A stretch of DNA of 64,000 nt from Acidobacteriota bacterium (GCA_965263035.1 OZ253580.1:5440001-5504000), one strand, 5' to 3'; shown: positions 19,924 through 30,275, counted from the stretch's first letter. Notes: a model not told the origin generated them from the sequence alone. Numbers and translations are program-made.

Positions 19924-20379
19924 ATGTTCGACATTCAGGAGATCATGGATCTCCTCCCCCATCGCTATCCCATGCTCCTGGTGGACCGGGTGGTCGAATA
20001 CCAGGAGGGCGAACGGATCGTGGCCATCAAGAACGTCACTTTCAACGAGCCGTTCTTTCAGGGCCACTTCTCCGGGGCACCCATTATGCCGGGAGTTCTG
20101 ATCATCGAGGCCATGGCGCAGGCTGGCGGCTTTCTGGTGTTCAAGTCTCTCCCGAACCGGGAATCCAAGCTGGTTTTTCTCATGGGTATCGAGAAGGCCC
20201 GGTTTCGCCGGCCGGTCAGGCCGGGAGATCAGTTAAGGCTCGAAATGGTCGTCGTCCGGATCAGGGCCCGGGCGGGCAAACTTCGGGGCCAAGCTTTTGT
20301 CGGAGACCAGCGTGCGGCAGAAGCGGAGATCCTGTTCTCTCTGGTGGACCGTTCCTCGGTCGTTTCCGGCCGGGGTTGA
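19924..20379 (+). CDS. fabZ: 3-hydroxyacyl-ACP dehydratase
   Basis: LPHRYPMLLVDR, NEPFFQGHF, MPGVLIIEAMAQ. Confidence 0.97.
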   Translation: MFDIQEIMDLLPHRYPMLLVDRVVEYQEGERIVAIKNVTFNEPFFQGHFSGAPIMPGVLIIEAMAQAGGFLVFKSLPNRESKLVFLMGIEKARFRRPVRPGDQLRLEMVVVRIRARAGKLRGQAFVGDQRAAEAEILFSLVDRSSVVSGRG

Positions 20380-20383
20380 CACC

Positions 20384-21181
20384 ATGCCCGTCTCCGATAC
20401 TGCCCAGATTCATCCCACGGCACAGGTGTCTTCCGGCGCGCAGTTGGGGCGCGCAGTGACCGTCGGTCCTTTCGCCGTCATCGGGGACGGCGTCGTGATC
20501 GGTGAGGAGACCGCAGTCGGACCTCACACCGTGCTGGAGGGTCCCACCCATTTGGGCAAGCGGAATCGAATCGTGGGGCAAAGCGCCATCGGGACCGATC
20601 CCCAGGACCTGAAGTACCAGGGCGAGGAGACCTCCCTGCATATCGGCGACGAGAACATCATCCGCGAGTTTGTCACCATCAACCGGGGTACCGCTCAGGG
20701 CGGCGGCAAGACCACGATTGGAAGTCGCAACCTGTTCATGACGGGAGTGCATGTGGCGCACGATTGTCATCTGGGAAACGACGGCATTCTCGCGAATGCG
20801 GCGACTCTGGCGGGTCATGTGGAGATCGCAAATGGCGCTACGGTCGGCGCATTCACCGGTGTTCACCAGTTTTGCCGGGTGGGACGCCACGCCTTCATCG
20901 GCGGCTACTCCGTGATCACCCGGGACGCACCACCCTTCATCAAGACGGTGGGACATCGCAACCAGGCCCGGACTTACGGAATCAATGGCATCGGTCTCTC
21001 CCGCAAGGGGTTCTCGGAGGAACGAATCCTGGCATTGAGGAAGGCCTACCGGTGGATTTTTCGAAAGGATCTCACCGTGCCGCAGGCTCGGGACCGGATA
21101 GTCCGAGAGGAGTTGCAAACGCCCGATGTCGAATCGTTGCTACAGTTCCTGGGGACCTCGAGCCGAGGGTTTATTCGGTAG
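20384..21181 (+). CDS. lpxA: Acyl-ACP--UDP-GlcNAc acyltransferase
   Basis: IHPTA, PQDLKY, HVAHDC, LAGHV, VHQFCRVG. Confidence 0.97.
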   Translation: MPVSDTAQIHPTAQVSSGAQLGRAVTVGPFAVIGDGVVIGEETAVGPHTVLEGPTHLGKRNRIVGQSAIGTDPQDLKYQGEETSLHIGDENIIREFVTINRGTAQGGGKTTIGSRNLFMTGVHVAHDCHLGNDGILANAATLAGHVEIANGATVGAFTGVHQFCRVGRHAFIGGYSVITRDAPPFIKTVGHRNQARTYGINGIGLSRKGFSEERILALRKAYRWIFRKDLTVPQARDRIVREELQTPDVESLLQFLGTSSRGFIR

Positions 21182-21268
21182 ACGCTCCGTGCCGAATACT
21201 CCAGAGCCAAGCGTGGGACCGGTGCAGGATTCTATTCGAGCACCCCTTGGGGCCGGGGAGGGGAATCG

Positions 21269-22126
21269 TTGGAAGTCGAAAAGCTCGGATTGATCGCCGG
21301 CAACGGGCAGTTCCCGTTTCTGGTATTGGATGAAGCCCGAAATCGGCGGTTGCCGGTGGTCGTGGCGGCCATTCGAGAAGAAGCGGATCCCGGTTTGGAA
21401 GAGATATCGGGCCAACTCTCCCGCGGCTCTTCGTTTCACTGGATCGGGTTGGGCCAGTTGGGGAAGTTGGTCCGCGTGTTCAAGAGCACGGGCATACGGC
21501 ACGCGGTCATGGCCGGCCAGGTGAAGCATGTCCGCATATTCGCAGCCGGCGTTCGGACGCCGGCGGGAATCCTTTCCGCGTTGCCCGACGGCAGAATGTT
21601 GCGCATGCTGGCGTCACTACGGCGACGCAATACGCGGTCGCTGATCGAAGGCGTCATCGGAGTCCTGCGGACCGAAGGGATCGAGGTCCTGGACTCGACC
21701 TGGCTGCTTGCCGACCTGATCCCGGGACCGGGTGTGCTCACTCGACGCAAGCCCAACGGCCGGGAAAAACGGGACATGGATTATGGGCTGGAGGTGGCCA
21801 AGGAGTTGTCGAGACTGGATCTGGGCCAGACCGTGGTCGTCAAGGATCGGGCCGTGGTGGCGGTGGAGGCTATGGAGGGGACGGATGCCACCATCCGGAG
21901 AGCCGCCGGATTGGTTGCGGGGAGCCGTCTCACGGTGGTCAAAGTCAGCCGCGCCCGCGACGAGATGAGATACGACGTTCCCGTCATCGGATCGGAGACA
22001 TTGAAGGTTTTGAGAGAGTGTCGGGTCTCAGCCCTCTCCATAGACTCCGGGCGAACCCTGATCCTGGACCGCGATCAGTTCGTCCGGGGCGCCGACGAGT
22101 CGAGAATTACGGTGGTCTGCCAGTGA
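21269..22126 (+). CDS. lpxI: UDP-2,3-diacylglucosamine diphosphatase LpxI
   Basis: LGLIAGNGQFP, DLGQTVVV, AVEAMEGTD, RYDVPVIG. Confidence 0.92.
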   Translation: MEVEKLGLIAGNGQFPFLVLDEARNRRLPVVVAAIREEADPGLEEISGQLSRGSSFHWIGLGQLGKLVRVFKSTGIRHAVMAGQVKHVRIFAAGVRTPAGILSALPDGRMLRMLASLRRRNTRSLIEGVIGVLRTEGIEVLDSTWLLADLIPGPGVLTRRKPNGREKRDMDYGLEVAKELSRLDLGQTVVVKDRAVVAVEAMEGTDATIRRAAGLVAGSRLTVVKVSRARDEMRYDVPVIGSETLKVLRECRVSALSIDSGRTLILDRDQFVRGADESRITVVCQ

Positions 22127-23115
22127 ATGCCAAGGACAGGATCCGGGTCGGCGTAGTCGGCGTTGGGGTATTGGGGAGTCACCATGCCCGCATTTACAGC
22201 AGTCTCCCGCAGGTGAAGCTCGTAGGAGTGGTGGATCCGATCCGAGCAAGGCGGCGGGAGCTGGCATCCCGGCATGACTGCCGATCCTGGGCCCACCACG
22301 GCCCCCTGTTGGATCGGGTAGACGCCGTCAGCGTGGCTGCTCCCACCTCTTTGCACGTTGCAGTCGCCCTGCCGTTCTTGAAGCGGGGAATCCACGTCCT
22401 GGTGGAGAAACCCATCGCCGAAGACATGGAATCCGCTCGGGGCATGGTGGATGAGGCTCGAGGGACGGTCCTCCATGTGGGTCATTCCGAGCGGTTCAAT
22501 CCCGCAGTGCTGGCAATACAGCCCTTCATCAAGACTCCCCGGTTCTTCGAGGTCCACCGGCTCAGCGTACTGACGCCACGCAGTCTTGACGTGGATGTGG
22601 TGTTGGACCTGATGATTCATGATCTGGATCTCATCACCCAGATGGTCCGGAATCCCATTCGGGAGATTCGTGCCGTGGGGATTCCGGTGCTCACCCCCCG
22701 GATCGACATCGCCAACGCCCGTCTGGAATTCGAGGACGGATGTGTCGCCAATCTCACTTCGAGCCGGGTCTCGAAGCAGAAGATGAGAAAGTTGAGGTTC
22801 TTCCAAGCGGACGATTACATCTCCCTGGATCTGGACCGTCAGGTGGCGGAGGTCTCGAGCATGGTGGAGGTGAATGGGACCAAGCGGATCGTCAACCGGT
22901 CTCCGCGGGTGACGCGCGAAGAACCTCTCAAGATGGAGATTTTGGCGTTCCTGGCGGAGATTGCGAGCCAGCCAGGTCAGGAGCCGAAAATCCGGCGGGG
23001 ATGTAGCGGCGGGGAAGGCGCCGGGGTCCTGGGGCTGGCTCTGGAGATCCTGGACCGGATGACCGTAGCCGGCCAGACTGGGTCGGCGTTTTCCGTCCCG
23101 GACCACGCCGGTTGA
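22123..23115 (+). CDS. Gfo/Idh/MocA oxidoreductase, GnnA-like (UDP-GlcNAc 3-dehydrogenase)
   Basis: GVGVLG, VEKP, GHSERFNP, DVVLDLMIHDLD; GTGA-coupled to lpxI. Confidence 0.85.
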   Translation: MNAKDRIRVGVVGVGVLGSHHARIYSSLPQVKLVGVVDPIRARRRELASRHDCRSWAHHGPLLDRVDAVSVAAPTSLHVAVALPFLKRGIHVLVEKPIAEDMESARGMVDEARGTVLHVGHSERFNPAVLAIQPFIKTPRFFEVHRLSVLTPRSLDVDVVLDLMIHDLDLITQMVRNPIREIRAVGIPVLTPRIDIANARLEFEDGCVANLTSSRVSKQKMRKLRFFQADDYISLDLDRQVAEVSSMVEVNGTKRIVNRSPRVTREEPLKMEILAFLAEIASQPGQEPKIRRGCSGGEGAGVLGLALEILDRMTVAGQTGSAFSVPDHAG

Positions 23116-23215
23116 TGGGACAGGCAAGTACCGGCTGTTCCATTCACCGAAAGGATTTCCCTCGGATGTCCATTGCGGTCGTCCGTATCCGGAAGCATCA
23201 CGCACACGACGTGGA

Positions 23216-24184
23216 ATGGAAACGTTCGCGTTGAAGACGCCGTCGCCGCCCCCTGAAGATCCCCTTCTGATCGTTATCGCCGGTCCGACGGCATCCGGCA
23301 AGAGCGCCCTGGCGGTCCAGGCGGCTCTCCGGCTGGACGGGGAGATCATCAACTGCGATTCACTCCAGTTGTACCGGGAACTCCAGATCGGGACCGGGAA
23401 ACCATCGGCGCGGGAAACCGGGTCCGTGCCCCATCATCTATACGACTTTCTGAAACCGGACGAGATCTACAGTGCAGGGCGATATATGGTGGAAGCCAGG
23501 AGAGTCTGTCACCTGGTCCGGGAGCGGGGAAAGATTCCGTTCGTGGTGGGAGGCACCGGACTCTATCTCAGGGCTCTGCTGATGGGAGTCTTCGTTGGAC
23601 CCTCCCGCTGTGAAATCCTGCGGGATCGCTTGGAGAAGATTGTGCAACGCCGGGGTCAGGAGAGATTGCATCGACTTCTGGCCCGGAAGGACCCGGCGAC
23701 GGCCCGGAAGATCGGCGTGGGGGACCGGCGGCGCCTGATACGGGCCCTGGAGGTCTACTTCCTGACAGGGACTCCCATCAGTCTGCTTCAGGAGCGCCGA
23801 AAACCGCTCGCCGGATACCGCATTGTTAAGATCGGACTGAACTTGTGCCGTACGCTCCTCTATCAAAGGATCGATTCTCGAGTCCGGGAAATGTTTCGCA
23901 GTGGCCTTCTGGACGAAGTGGATCGACTACTCCGGAAGGGGTACGATGAGCGATGCAAGGCCTTCGAGGCGTTGGGATACCGGTACGCTTTGCAGGCCCT
24001 TCGGGGTGAGTTGAAGCTGGAGGATGCCATCGAGCTGACGCGCCGGGACACGCGTCGCTATGCCAAACGGCAGATGACCTGGTTTCGCCGGGAGGACGCC
24101 ATGCAGTGGATCCCGTCGCCCGGAGAGTCGGAATCGGCGTTGAAGCAGCTTCTGGAGTTGGTCCGATGCAGTACGAACCGGTAA
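23216..24184 (+). CDS. miaA: tRNA dimethylallyltransferase
   Basis: GPTASGKS, DSLQLY, VGGTGLY, TRRYAKRQMTWF. Confidence 0.97.
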   Translation: METFALKTPSPPPEDPLLIVIAGPTASGKSALAVQAALRLDGEIINCDSLQLYRELQIGTGKPSARETGSVPHHLYDFLKPDEIYSAGRYMVEARRVCHLVRERGKIPFVVGGTGLYLRALLMGVFVGPSRCEILRDRLEKIVQRRGQERLHRLLARKDPATARKIGVGDRRRLIRALEVYFLTGTPISLLQERRKPLAGYRIVKIGLNLCRTLLYQRIDSRVREMFRSGLLDEVDRLLRKGYDERCKAFEALGYRYALQALRGELKLEDAIELTRRDTRRYAKRQMTWFRREDAMQWIPSPGESESALKQLLELVRCSTNR

Positions 24185-25623
24185 TCGGTCTGGAAGTCCA
24201 CGCTCAGCTGCGCACCCGGAGCAAGGTGTTCTGCGGTTGCAGCACCCGGTTCGGAGCTCCCCCAAATTCCCAGACCTGCCCGGTCTGTCTGGGTCTTCCC
24301 GGCTCGCTTCCGGTGGTCAACGGACCTGCCGTGGAGATGGCGGTCACGGCCGGCTTGGCCCTGGGCTGCCGCATCAATCGGCGTTCGCTTCTGGCCCGAA
24401 AGAACTATTTCTACCCTGACCTGCCCAAGGGTTACCAGATCTCCCAGTATGAAGAGCCCTTGGCGGTCGACGGGCGAGTACGGCTTCTGACGCTGGATTT
24501 CGGGGCCCCGGGGAATCGGGGAACACTGCGTGAATTCAGTGTGGAGATCATTCGTGTCCATCTGGAGGAGGACGCCGGCAAGTCGATTCATGCCGCGAGG
24601 CAGGACACACAGGTCAATTTGAATCGGTGCGGCGTTCCGTTGATGGAGATCGTCACCCATCCCGATCTGAGGTCCGGCCGGGAGGCCAGCGATTTTCTGG
24701 ACTACCTGAGAAGAGTCCTGCTTTATCTGGCGCTGTGTGACGGGAACATGGAGGAAGGGAGTCTCCGCTGCGACGCCAATATCTCAGTCCGGCCACTGGG
24801 GGAGACTTCACTCGGGACCAAGACTGAAATCAAGAACCTGAACTCCTTCCGTTTTCTGAACAAGGCTCTGGACTATGAGATTCAAAGGCAGATTCGAGTC
24901 TTGGAGTCGGGGCGGCAGGTGGTTCAGGAAACGCGGCTCTGGGAAGAGGATCTGGAAGAGACCCGTCCCATGAGAAGCAAGGAAGAGGCCCACGACTACC
25001 GGTACTTTCCGGATCCCGATCTGCTTCCGGTCGTGATCTCGGCTGAGCGGCTGGACGAGCTCAGGAAGGATTTGCCCGAGCTTCCCGGCGCGCGCGCGCG
25101 CCGGTTCGGGTCCCGGTACGGTCTGGATCAGAGCGACGCCCTCGTGGCCACCCGGACCCCCGAGTTTGCCGATTACTTCGAAGCATCCGCAAAAAGTGCT
25201 GGAAACCCCAAGACGGTTCTGAACTGGATGGTAGGGGATTTGACCCATCGTTTGAGGAAAGATGGGCTGGGACTCCACGAATCTCCCGTCAAGACTGCGG
25301 ATCTCGGAGGGTTGGTCCGGCTCTTGGACGACGGAGCCATCAGCGGCAAGATGGCCAAGGATGTCTTCGGTCAAATGTATGAGACGGGTAAGTCTCCACG
25401 GACGATCGTCAGGGAACAGAAGCTGGCCCAGATCAGTGATCGAAGCGAATTGGAAACCGTCGTTTCCGGGATTCTGGAGTCGCATGCCGACGCCGTGGAA
25501 CGTTATCGGAATGGGAAGCGTGGCCTGCTGGGATTCTTTGTAGGACAAGTGATGCGGCAGACCCGCGGGCAAGCCAATCCGAAGATGGTCAACGAACTGC
25601 TCAGAAAGATGTTGGACCGGTGA
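24166..25623 (+). CDS. gatB: Asp/Glu-tRNA amidotransferase subunit B
   Basis: IGLEVHAQL, RKNYFYPDLPKGYQISQ, HLEEDAGK, YRYFPDPDL. Confidence 0.97.
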   Translation: MQYEPVIGLEVHAQLRTRSKVFCGCSTRFGAPPNSQTCPVCLGLPGSLPVVNGPAVEMAVTAGLALGCRINRRSLLARKNYFYPDLPKGYQISQYEEPLAVDGRVRLLTLDFGAPGNRGTLREFSVEIIRVHLEEDAGKSIHAARQDTQVNLNRCGVPLMEIVTHPDLRSGREASDFLDYLRRVLLYLALCDGNMEEGSLRCDANISVRPLGETSLGTKTEIKNLNSFRFLNKALDYEIQRQIRVLESGRQVVQETRLWEEDLEETRPMRSKEEAHDYRYFPDPDLLPVVISAERLDELRKDLPELPGARARRFGSRYGLDQSDALVATRTPEFADYFEASAKSAGNPKTVLNWMVGDLTHRLRKDGLGLHESPVKTADLGGLVRLLDDGAISGKMAKDVFGQMYETGKSPRTIVREQKLAQISDRSELETVVSGILESHADAVERYRNGKRGLLGFFVGQVMRQTRGQANPKMVNELLRKMLDR

Positions 25624-26024
25624 GGCGCCGCCGCCCACGGGTTCCGGCTACCGAATCGAAACGGTTGGCCGTGATCGAGGAGATGTCCGACGACATCTAC
25701 TCGGTTCAATTCGTTCTGCAGAGTCTCGGTTTTGAAACGCGGTCGTTCTCGTCCCGGTCCTCGATCGCCGAATTAATGGAATTCGACCCGGATTTGATCA
25801 TCGTGGACATGATGATCTCTCGTGGAGGCGGATATCGGATCATCCGTCAGATTCGCAGGGCCGGGAACTTGGCTCGGGTGCCGATCCTGGCCATCGCTGC
25901 CGCGGCCATGGAGGGAAGCGCCGAAGAAATTCTGGCCGCGGGCGGTCAGGACGTGGTGACGAAGCCCTACAGCATGGCTGAACTAAAGGAGAAGTTGGAC
26001 CGCTTGGTTCCGAAGACGAAATGA
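25620..26024 (+). CDS. Single-domain response regulator (receiver)
   Basis: PDLIIVDMM, VPILAI, VTKPY receiver pattern; acidic pocket atypical (IEEM). Confidence 0.85.
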   Translation: MRRRRPRVPATESKRLAVIEEMSDDIYSVQFVLQSLGFETRSFSSRSSIAELMEFDPDLIIVDMMISRGGGYRIIRQIRRAGNLARVPILAIAAAAMEGSAEEILAAGGQDVVTKPYSMAELKEKLDRLVPKTK

Positions 26025-26110
26025 GAAGCGCCGTTTCCCGGTAGCTTCCGCGCGGCGCGTAAACCACACGCCATTCGTCACTCTTTCTTCTTTCCTCTTC
26101 TAAGAAACAA

Positions 26111-26182
26111 GGAGGGGCGACTTCCAGTCGCCCATTCCTCCATGCTCCACTGGAGTTCGGCGGTTGGAAACCGGCGCTCCTA
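26111..26182. repeat. Inverted pair of REP-like palindromes
   Basis: GGAGGGGCGACTTCCAGTCGCCC and GGCGGTTGGAAACCGGCGCTCCTA; same family as 57057-57196. Confidence 0.65.
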
Positions 26183-26329
26183 CCCTTTTTCTACCGGGCG
26201 TCCGCCGGACCGGGCCGGTGGGGGAGCTTTTCTCGTTCCTAATCCTCTGTTTCCGAGAAGGGGCGGTAAGACCTCACCACTCCTCACGGTTCCTTTTTGG
26301 AATTTGGAAAATGGGATTTCTCGGAAGGG

Positions 26330-26417
26330 TGGTGCCGGAGGGGAGACTCGAACTCCCACGGGCGTTTAGCCCACTGCGTCCTGAACGCAGCGCGTCTGCC
26401 AATTCCACCACTCCGGC
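26330..26417 (-). tRNA. tRNA-Leu (CAG)
   Basis: GCCGGAG acceptor, anticodon arm CTGCG-TTCAGGA-CGCAG, long variable arm, GTTCGAG T-loop, encoded CCA. Confidence 0.96.
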
Positions 26418-26587
26418 GACCTGTTGATGAGTTTACACCACATCGGGCCGCGGGTGCAGCAACGAAGAATCGACAAATTGATGCGACATGAACTGTCAAA
26501 ATACGATACTCCGATGGGGCTCGGAGAATTGTTTTATCAGAGGCGGTAGGTTAGACTTTGCGGCGTCGAATTGAAGGGAAATCCCGA

Positions 26588-27562
26588 ATGTCCCAGCTCC
26601 ATCGGCGAGCTTTTCTCAAATTCATTCCAGCAGGAGCCGCGACGCTGATGCCCACGGTTTCGGCATTGGGCTCCGGACACAAACCGAAACTGGGAATCGG
26701 CCTGGGCTGGAGTCTCTACAACAACCGTACCCTCCGCACGCCGGACGCGATGCGCATGGCCAGTGAGGTGGGTTACGACGATGTGGAACCGGCCATCTAT
26801 CCCGGTTGGCAGGACGATCCCAAGATCCTCACCCGGTCGGCGCGGCGGGAATTGGCCAATCTATTCGGCGAGTTGGGATTGGGGCTGAGCGGGTTGGACG
26901 AGGACCTGAGATTGCTCGTAGGTCCGGAGGCCCACCGCGAGAACCTGGAGCGGATCAAGCGAGCTGCGCGGCTCTGGCGTGACATCTATCCCTTCAACGT
27001 CAGAACTCCAGGCCGGCGGCACCGTCGGCCCGTACTGGTCTTGACGCTGGGGGGGAAGACCTCCGAGTGGGATCAGGTGAAGGAAGCCATGGCCGAACGG
27101 CTCCGGGATTGGGCCGAGGTGGGCCGATCCCATGAGATCCTTTTGGCCATCAAACCGCATGTGGGGAGCGCCCTGCACAGTCCCGATGGAGCTCTCTGGT
27201 TGATGCAGCAGGCCGCCAGCCAGTGGGTTCGTGTCACCTATGACTACAGTCATTTCAGAGCCCTGAATTTCGACATGGTGGAATCGATTCGCCTTCTCGG
27301 TTCTCATGCGGTCTTCGCACACGCCAAGGACGCGACGAACACCGAGGATGGCAGGACTCAGTTCCTGATGCCGGGTGATGGTGATACGGATTACGTGACC
27401 TACCTCAAAGAACTTCAGGCCCAGGGTTATCGGGGGTCTATCGTGCTTGAGGTCAGTGGCCAGATTCATAGGAAACCGGGTTACGATCCGGTGGCCGCGG
27501 CCAAACATTGCTACCGGAAAATGTCCCGGGCTTTTGAAGAGGCGGGTGTCCGCAGGGGCTGA
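26588..27562 (+). CDS. Tat-exported sugar phosphate isomerase/epimerase (xylose isomerase-like TIM barrel)
   Basis: RRAFLK Tat motif; DYSH, HAKD, PGDGDTDY, GYRGSIVLE. Confidence 0.88.
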   Translation: MSQLHRRAFLKFIPAGAATLMPTVSALGSGHKPKLGIGLGWSLYNNRTLRTPDAMRMASEVGYDDVEPAIYPGWQDDPKILTRSARRELANLFGELGLGLSGLDEDLRLLVGPEAHRENLERIKRAARLWRDIYPFNVRTPGRRHRRPVLVLTLGGKTSEWDQVKEAMAERLRDWAEVGRSHEILLAIKPHVGSALHSPDGALWLMQQAASQWVRVTYDYSHFRALNFDMVESIRLLGSHAVFAHAKDATNTEDGRTQFLMPGDGDTDYVTYLKELQAQGYRGSIVLEVSGQIHRKPGYDPVAAAKHCYRKMSRAFEEAGVRRG

Positions 27563-27633
27563 TTTCTGTGAAATATCGGCCCAACGTGAAGAATACCGGC
27601 TCGGACGTTCCCATGACTTAAGGAGAACAGGAA

Positions 27634-28953
27634 ATGACCAAGGAATTGAATCGTCGCAGCTTCATGGGGGCCACCGCCGGCGCGGGCGCAGTCATGACCG
27701 GACTTTCGGGATCCCTTCTGGCCAAGCGTCGCAGCCTCAACGACACCCTCCAGGTGGCGGTGCTGGGTCCGGGTGGCCGGGGCATGTTCCTGATGAGAAA
27801 GTGCCTGGAACACGCGGATGCCCACAACGCACGGGTCACTGCGGTATGCGAAATCTGGAAGCGGAACCAGGAAATCGCCACCAATCACCTCCGGGAGCAC
27901 TACGGCAGCGAGCCCAAGCTCTACCACCACATCGATGACCTTCTGGCCGATGACGGGATCGACGCCGTCATCATCGCCACGGCCGACCACCAGCACGGCA
28001 AGATGTTGAAGATGGTGGTCGAAGCGGGCAAGGATGCCTATTGCGAGAAGCCCATGGCCAACGTTCTTTCCGAGGCCAACGACGCCATGGATGCCGCCAA
28101 GAAGGCCGGCACCGTGGTTCAGGTCGGCACCCAGGGCAGAAGCCATCCCAAGTGCATCGCCGCCGCCCGGATCATCAGGGAAGGGCACATCGGCGATCTC
28201 GCCCGAGTCACTTTGGTCGAGAACGAATACAGTCCCTACCGGTGGCGCCGCTCGCCGGAGCAACTGGCCGAGTGCCGGGAAGAGGATCTGAACTGGAAGG
28301 AGTTTCTGCTGGGCAAGCCGTACCGGCCCTTCGATCCCAGAATCTACCGTTCTTTCCGGCTGTTCAAGGACTTCTCAAGCGGAATCTACGACCAGTGGAT
28401 GAGCCACGACATCGACACTCTGCACTATCTCACCGGGGAACCTTATCCCATGAGCGCTCGCGCCGAAGGCGGAATCTACCGTTACAAGGACTACCGCGAG
28501 AATCCGGACACCACGGAGGCCGTTTTCGAGTACGGAACGGGTGACAAGAAATTCCTGGCCAGCTACGGCTGCTGCCTGATCAACGGCGCCGGGACCGGCT
28601 ATACCTTCCAGGGAACGAAGGGAACGCTCTCGTTCGAGAAGTCACCGCTCTTCAACGAAGTGCCCTGGCGGGTTTCCGGAGACGGCATTCGCGGCGATGA
28701 AGCTCTGAATCCAGGGGCGAAGCAGATGGAGGGCGAGTACATCGCCGGCGAGCGGGGAGCCATGCCGAACCATCGTTTCCCTCACATGGCCAATTGGCTC
28801 GACTGCGTCCGGCGACGCGATGTCGACGGGGTTGCCTGTCCGGTCGAAGCAGGCTACGGACATTCCATCGCCTGCATCATGGCCACGGACTCGCTCTGGA
28901 GCGGTCGCAAGATGGTTTTCGACCCTGAGAAACGGACCATCACACCTGCGTAA
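27634..28953 (+). CDS. Tat-exported Gfo/Idh/MocA oxidoreductase
   Basis: NRRSFM Tat motif; GPGGRG, IATADHQH, YCEKP, QVGTQGRS. Confidence 0.92.
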   Translation: MTKELNRRSFMGATAGAGAVMTGLSGSLLAKRRSLNDTLQVAVLGPGGRGMFLMRKCLEHADAHNARVTAVCEIWKRNQEIATNHLREHYGSEPKLYHHIDDLLADDGIDAVIIATADHQHGKMLKMVVEAGKDAYCEKPMANVLSEANDAMDAAKKAGTVVQVGTQGRSHPKCIAAARIIREGHIGDLARVTLVENEYSPYRWRRSPEQLAECREEDLNWKEFLLGKPYRPFDPRIYRSFRLFKDFSSGIYDQWMSHDIDTLHYLTGEPYPMSARAEGGIYRYKDYRENPDTTEAVFEYGTGDKKFLASYGCCLINGAGTGYTFQGTKGTLSFEKSPLFNEVPWRVSGDGIRGDEALNPGAKQMEGEYIAGERGAMPNHRFPHMANWLDCVRRRDVDGVACPVEAGYGHSIACIMATDSLWSGRKMVFDPEKRTITPA

Positions 28954-28988
28954 ATGGGTGTTCTGACGAGAGCGGAGGAGGACCGACC

Positions 28989-30275
28989 ATGGCACAAACC
29001 GAAATGACCACTGCCGCCAGCGCGGGAATCTCGGGTGCGGATACCGCGTGGCTGCTGGTTTCTTGTGCCCTGGTCCTCCTCATGACCCCGGGGCTGGCCT
29101 TCTTTTACGGCGGTCTGGTCCGGTCGAAGAACATCCTCAACACCATGATGATGAGCTTCGCTTCGCTGGGAGTGACCGTTCTGGTCTGGGTCCTGGCCGG
29201 TTACAGTCTGGCCTTCGCCCCTGGAAGCGAGTCCATGCAGCCCTGGTTGGGGGGGCTGGGACATCTCTTCTTCCAAGGCGTGAATCTGGAAGCCAACGGC
29301 AGCATTCCCCACCTCCTTTTCGCGGCCTACCAGGGAGCCTTCGCCATCATTACCGCAGCGTTGATCTCCGGAGCCGTGGTGGAACGGATCCGCTTTGCAC
29401 CCTACCTTGCCTTTATCTGCGGTTGGGTGCTGCTGGTCTATGCGCCGGTCTGCCACTGGGTCTGGGGTGGCGGATGGCTGGGTGAACTCGGCGCTCTGGA
29501 CTTCGCGGGCGGCACAGTGGTCCACGTCACTGCGGGAACGGCAGCAGTCGTAGCCGCCTGGAAGGTGGGACCCCGGAGCGACTACGGCCGCCAGGCGATC
29601 ATCCCCCACAATGTGCCGTTCGTTCTGTTGGGCGCCGGACTGCTCTGGTTCGGCTGGTTCGGATTCAACGGCGGCAGCGCCCTGGCGGCCGACGGTTCCG
29701 CCACCCTGGCCTTCGTCAATACCTTGCTGGCCCCTGCGACCGCGTTGACCGTTTGGATGATTCTGGATGCCGTCCGAGACCGGATGGCGACGGCTGTGGG
29801 AGCCGCTACCGGCATCGTCGTCGGACTCGTCGCCGTGACGCCGGCAGCGGGTTTCGTGAGTCCCATGGGAGCCATGGCCATCGGCGCCATCGCCACGTTT
29901 CCCTGCTACTATGCGATCCTCTATCGATCCCGGTCCGGGTTGGATGATTCGCTGGACGTGGCGGCGGCCCACGGAATGGGTGGATTGAGCGGTGCAGTGC
30001 TGACGGGCGTCTTCGCTCACGCGGCCTGGGGTGGAGCCGATGGTCTGCTGTACGGAAACCCGATGCAGGTCGTCATCCAGGCTGTGGGCGTGCTCGCCAC
30101 GATCGCCTATTGCGGCATCGTCACCTGGGTGCTGCTGAAGGTCATCTCACTGTTTGGGACCCTGAGGCCGCTTCGAAATGAAGAAAGGACCGGACTGGAC
30201 ATTCTGGAGCATGGTGAAGACGCGTATGGCCGGGGCGAAGGCGCGACCATGATTCCCCCTGGTTCGACAGTCTGA
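28989..30275 (+). CDS. amtB: Ammonium transporter
   Basis: MTPGLAFFYGG, LDFAGGTVVH, LLWFGWFGFNGGS, DDSLDV..HG. Confidence 0.96.
   Translation: MAQTEMTTAASAGISGADTAWLLVSCALVLLMTPGLAFFYGGLVRSKNILNTMMMSFASLGVTVLVWVLAGYSLAFAPGSESMQPWLGGLGHLFFQGVNLEANGSIPHLLFAAYQGAFAIITAALISGAVVERIRFAPYLAFICGWVLLVYAPVCHWVWGGGWLGELGALDFAGGTVVHVTAGTAAVVAAWKVGPRSDYGRQAIIPHNVPFVLLGAGLLWFGWFGFNGGSALAADGSATLAFVNTLLAPATALTVWMILDAVRDRMATAVGAATGIVVGLVAVTPAAGFVSPMGAMAIGAIATFPCYYAILYRSRSGLDDSLDVAAAHGMGGLSGAVLTGVFAHAAWGGADGLLYGNPMQVVIQAVGVLATIAYCGIVTWVLLKVISLFGTLRPLRNEERTGLDILEHGEDAYGRGEGATMIPPGSTV

Noticed and set aside
26330-26417. tRNA-Leu as an island integration site
   Set aside because: No duplicated 3' end or integrase found in the window.
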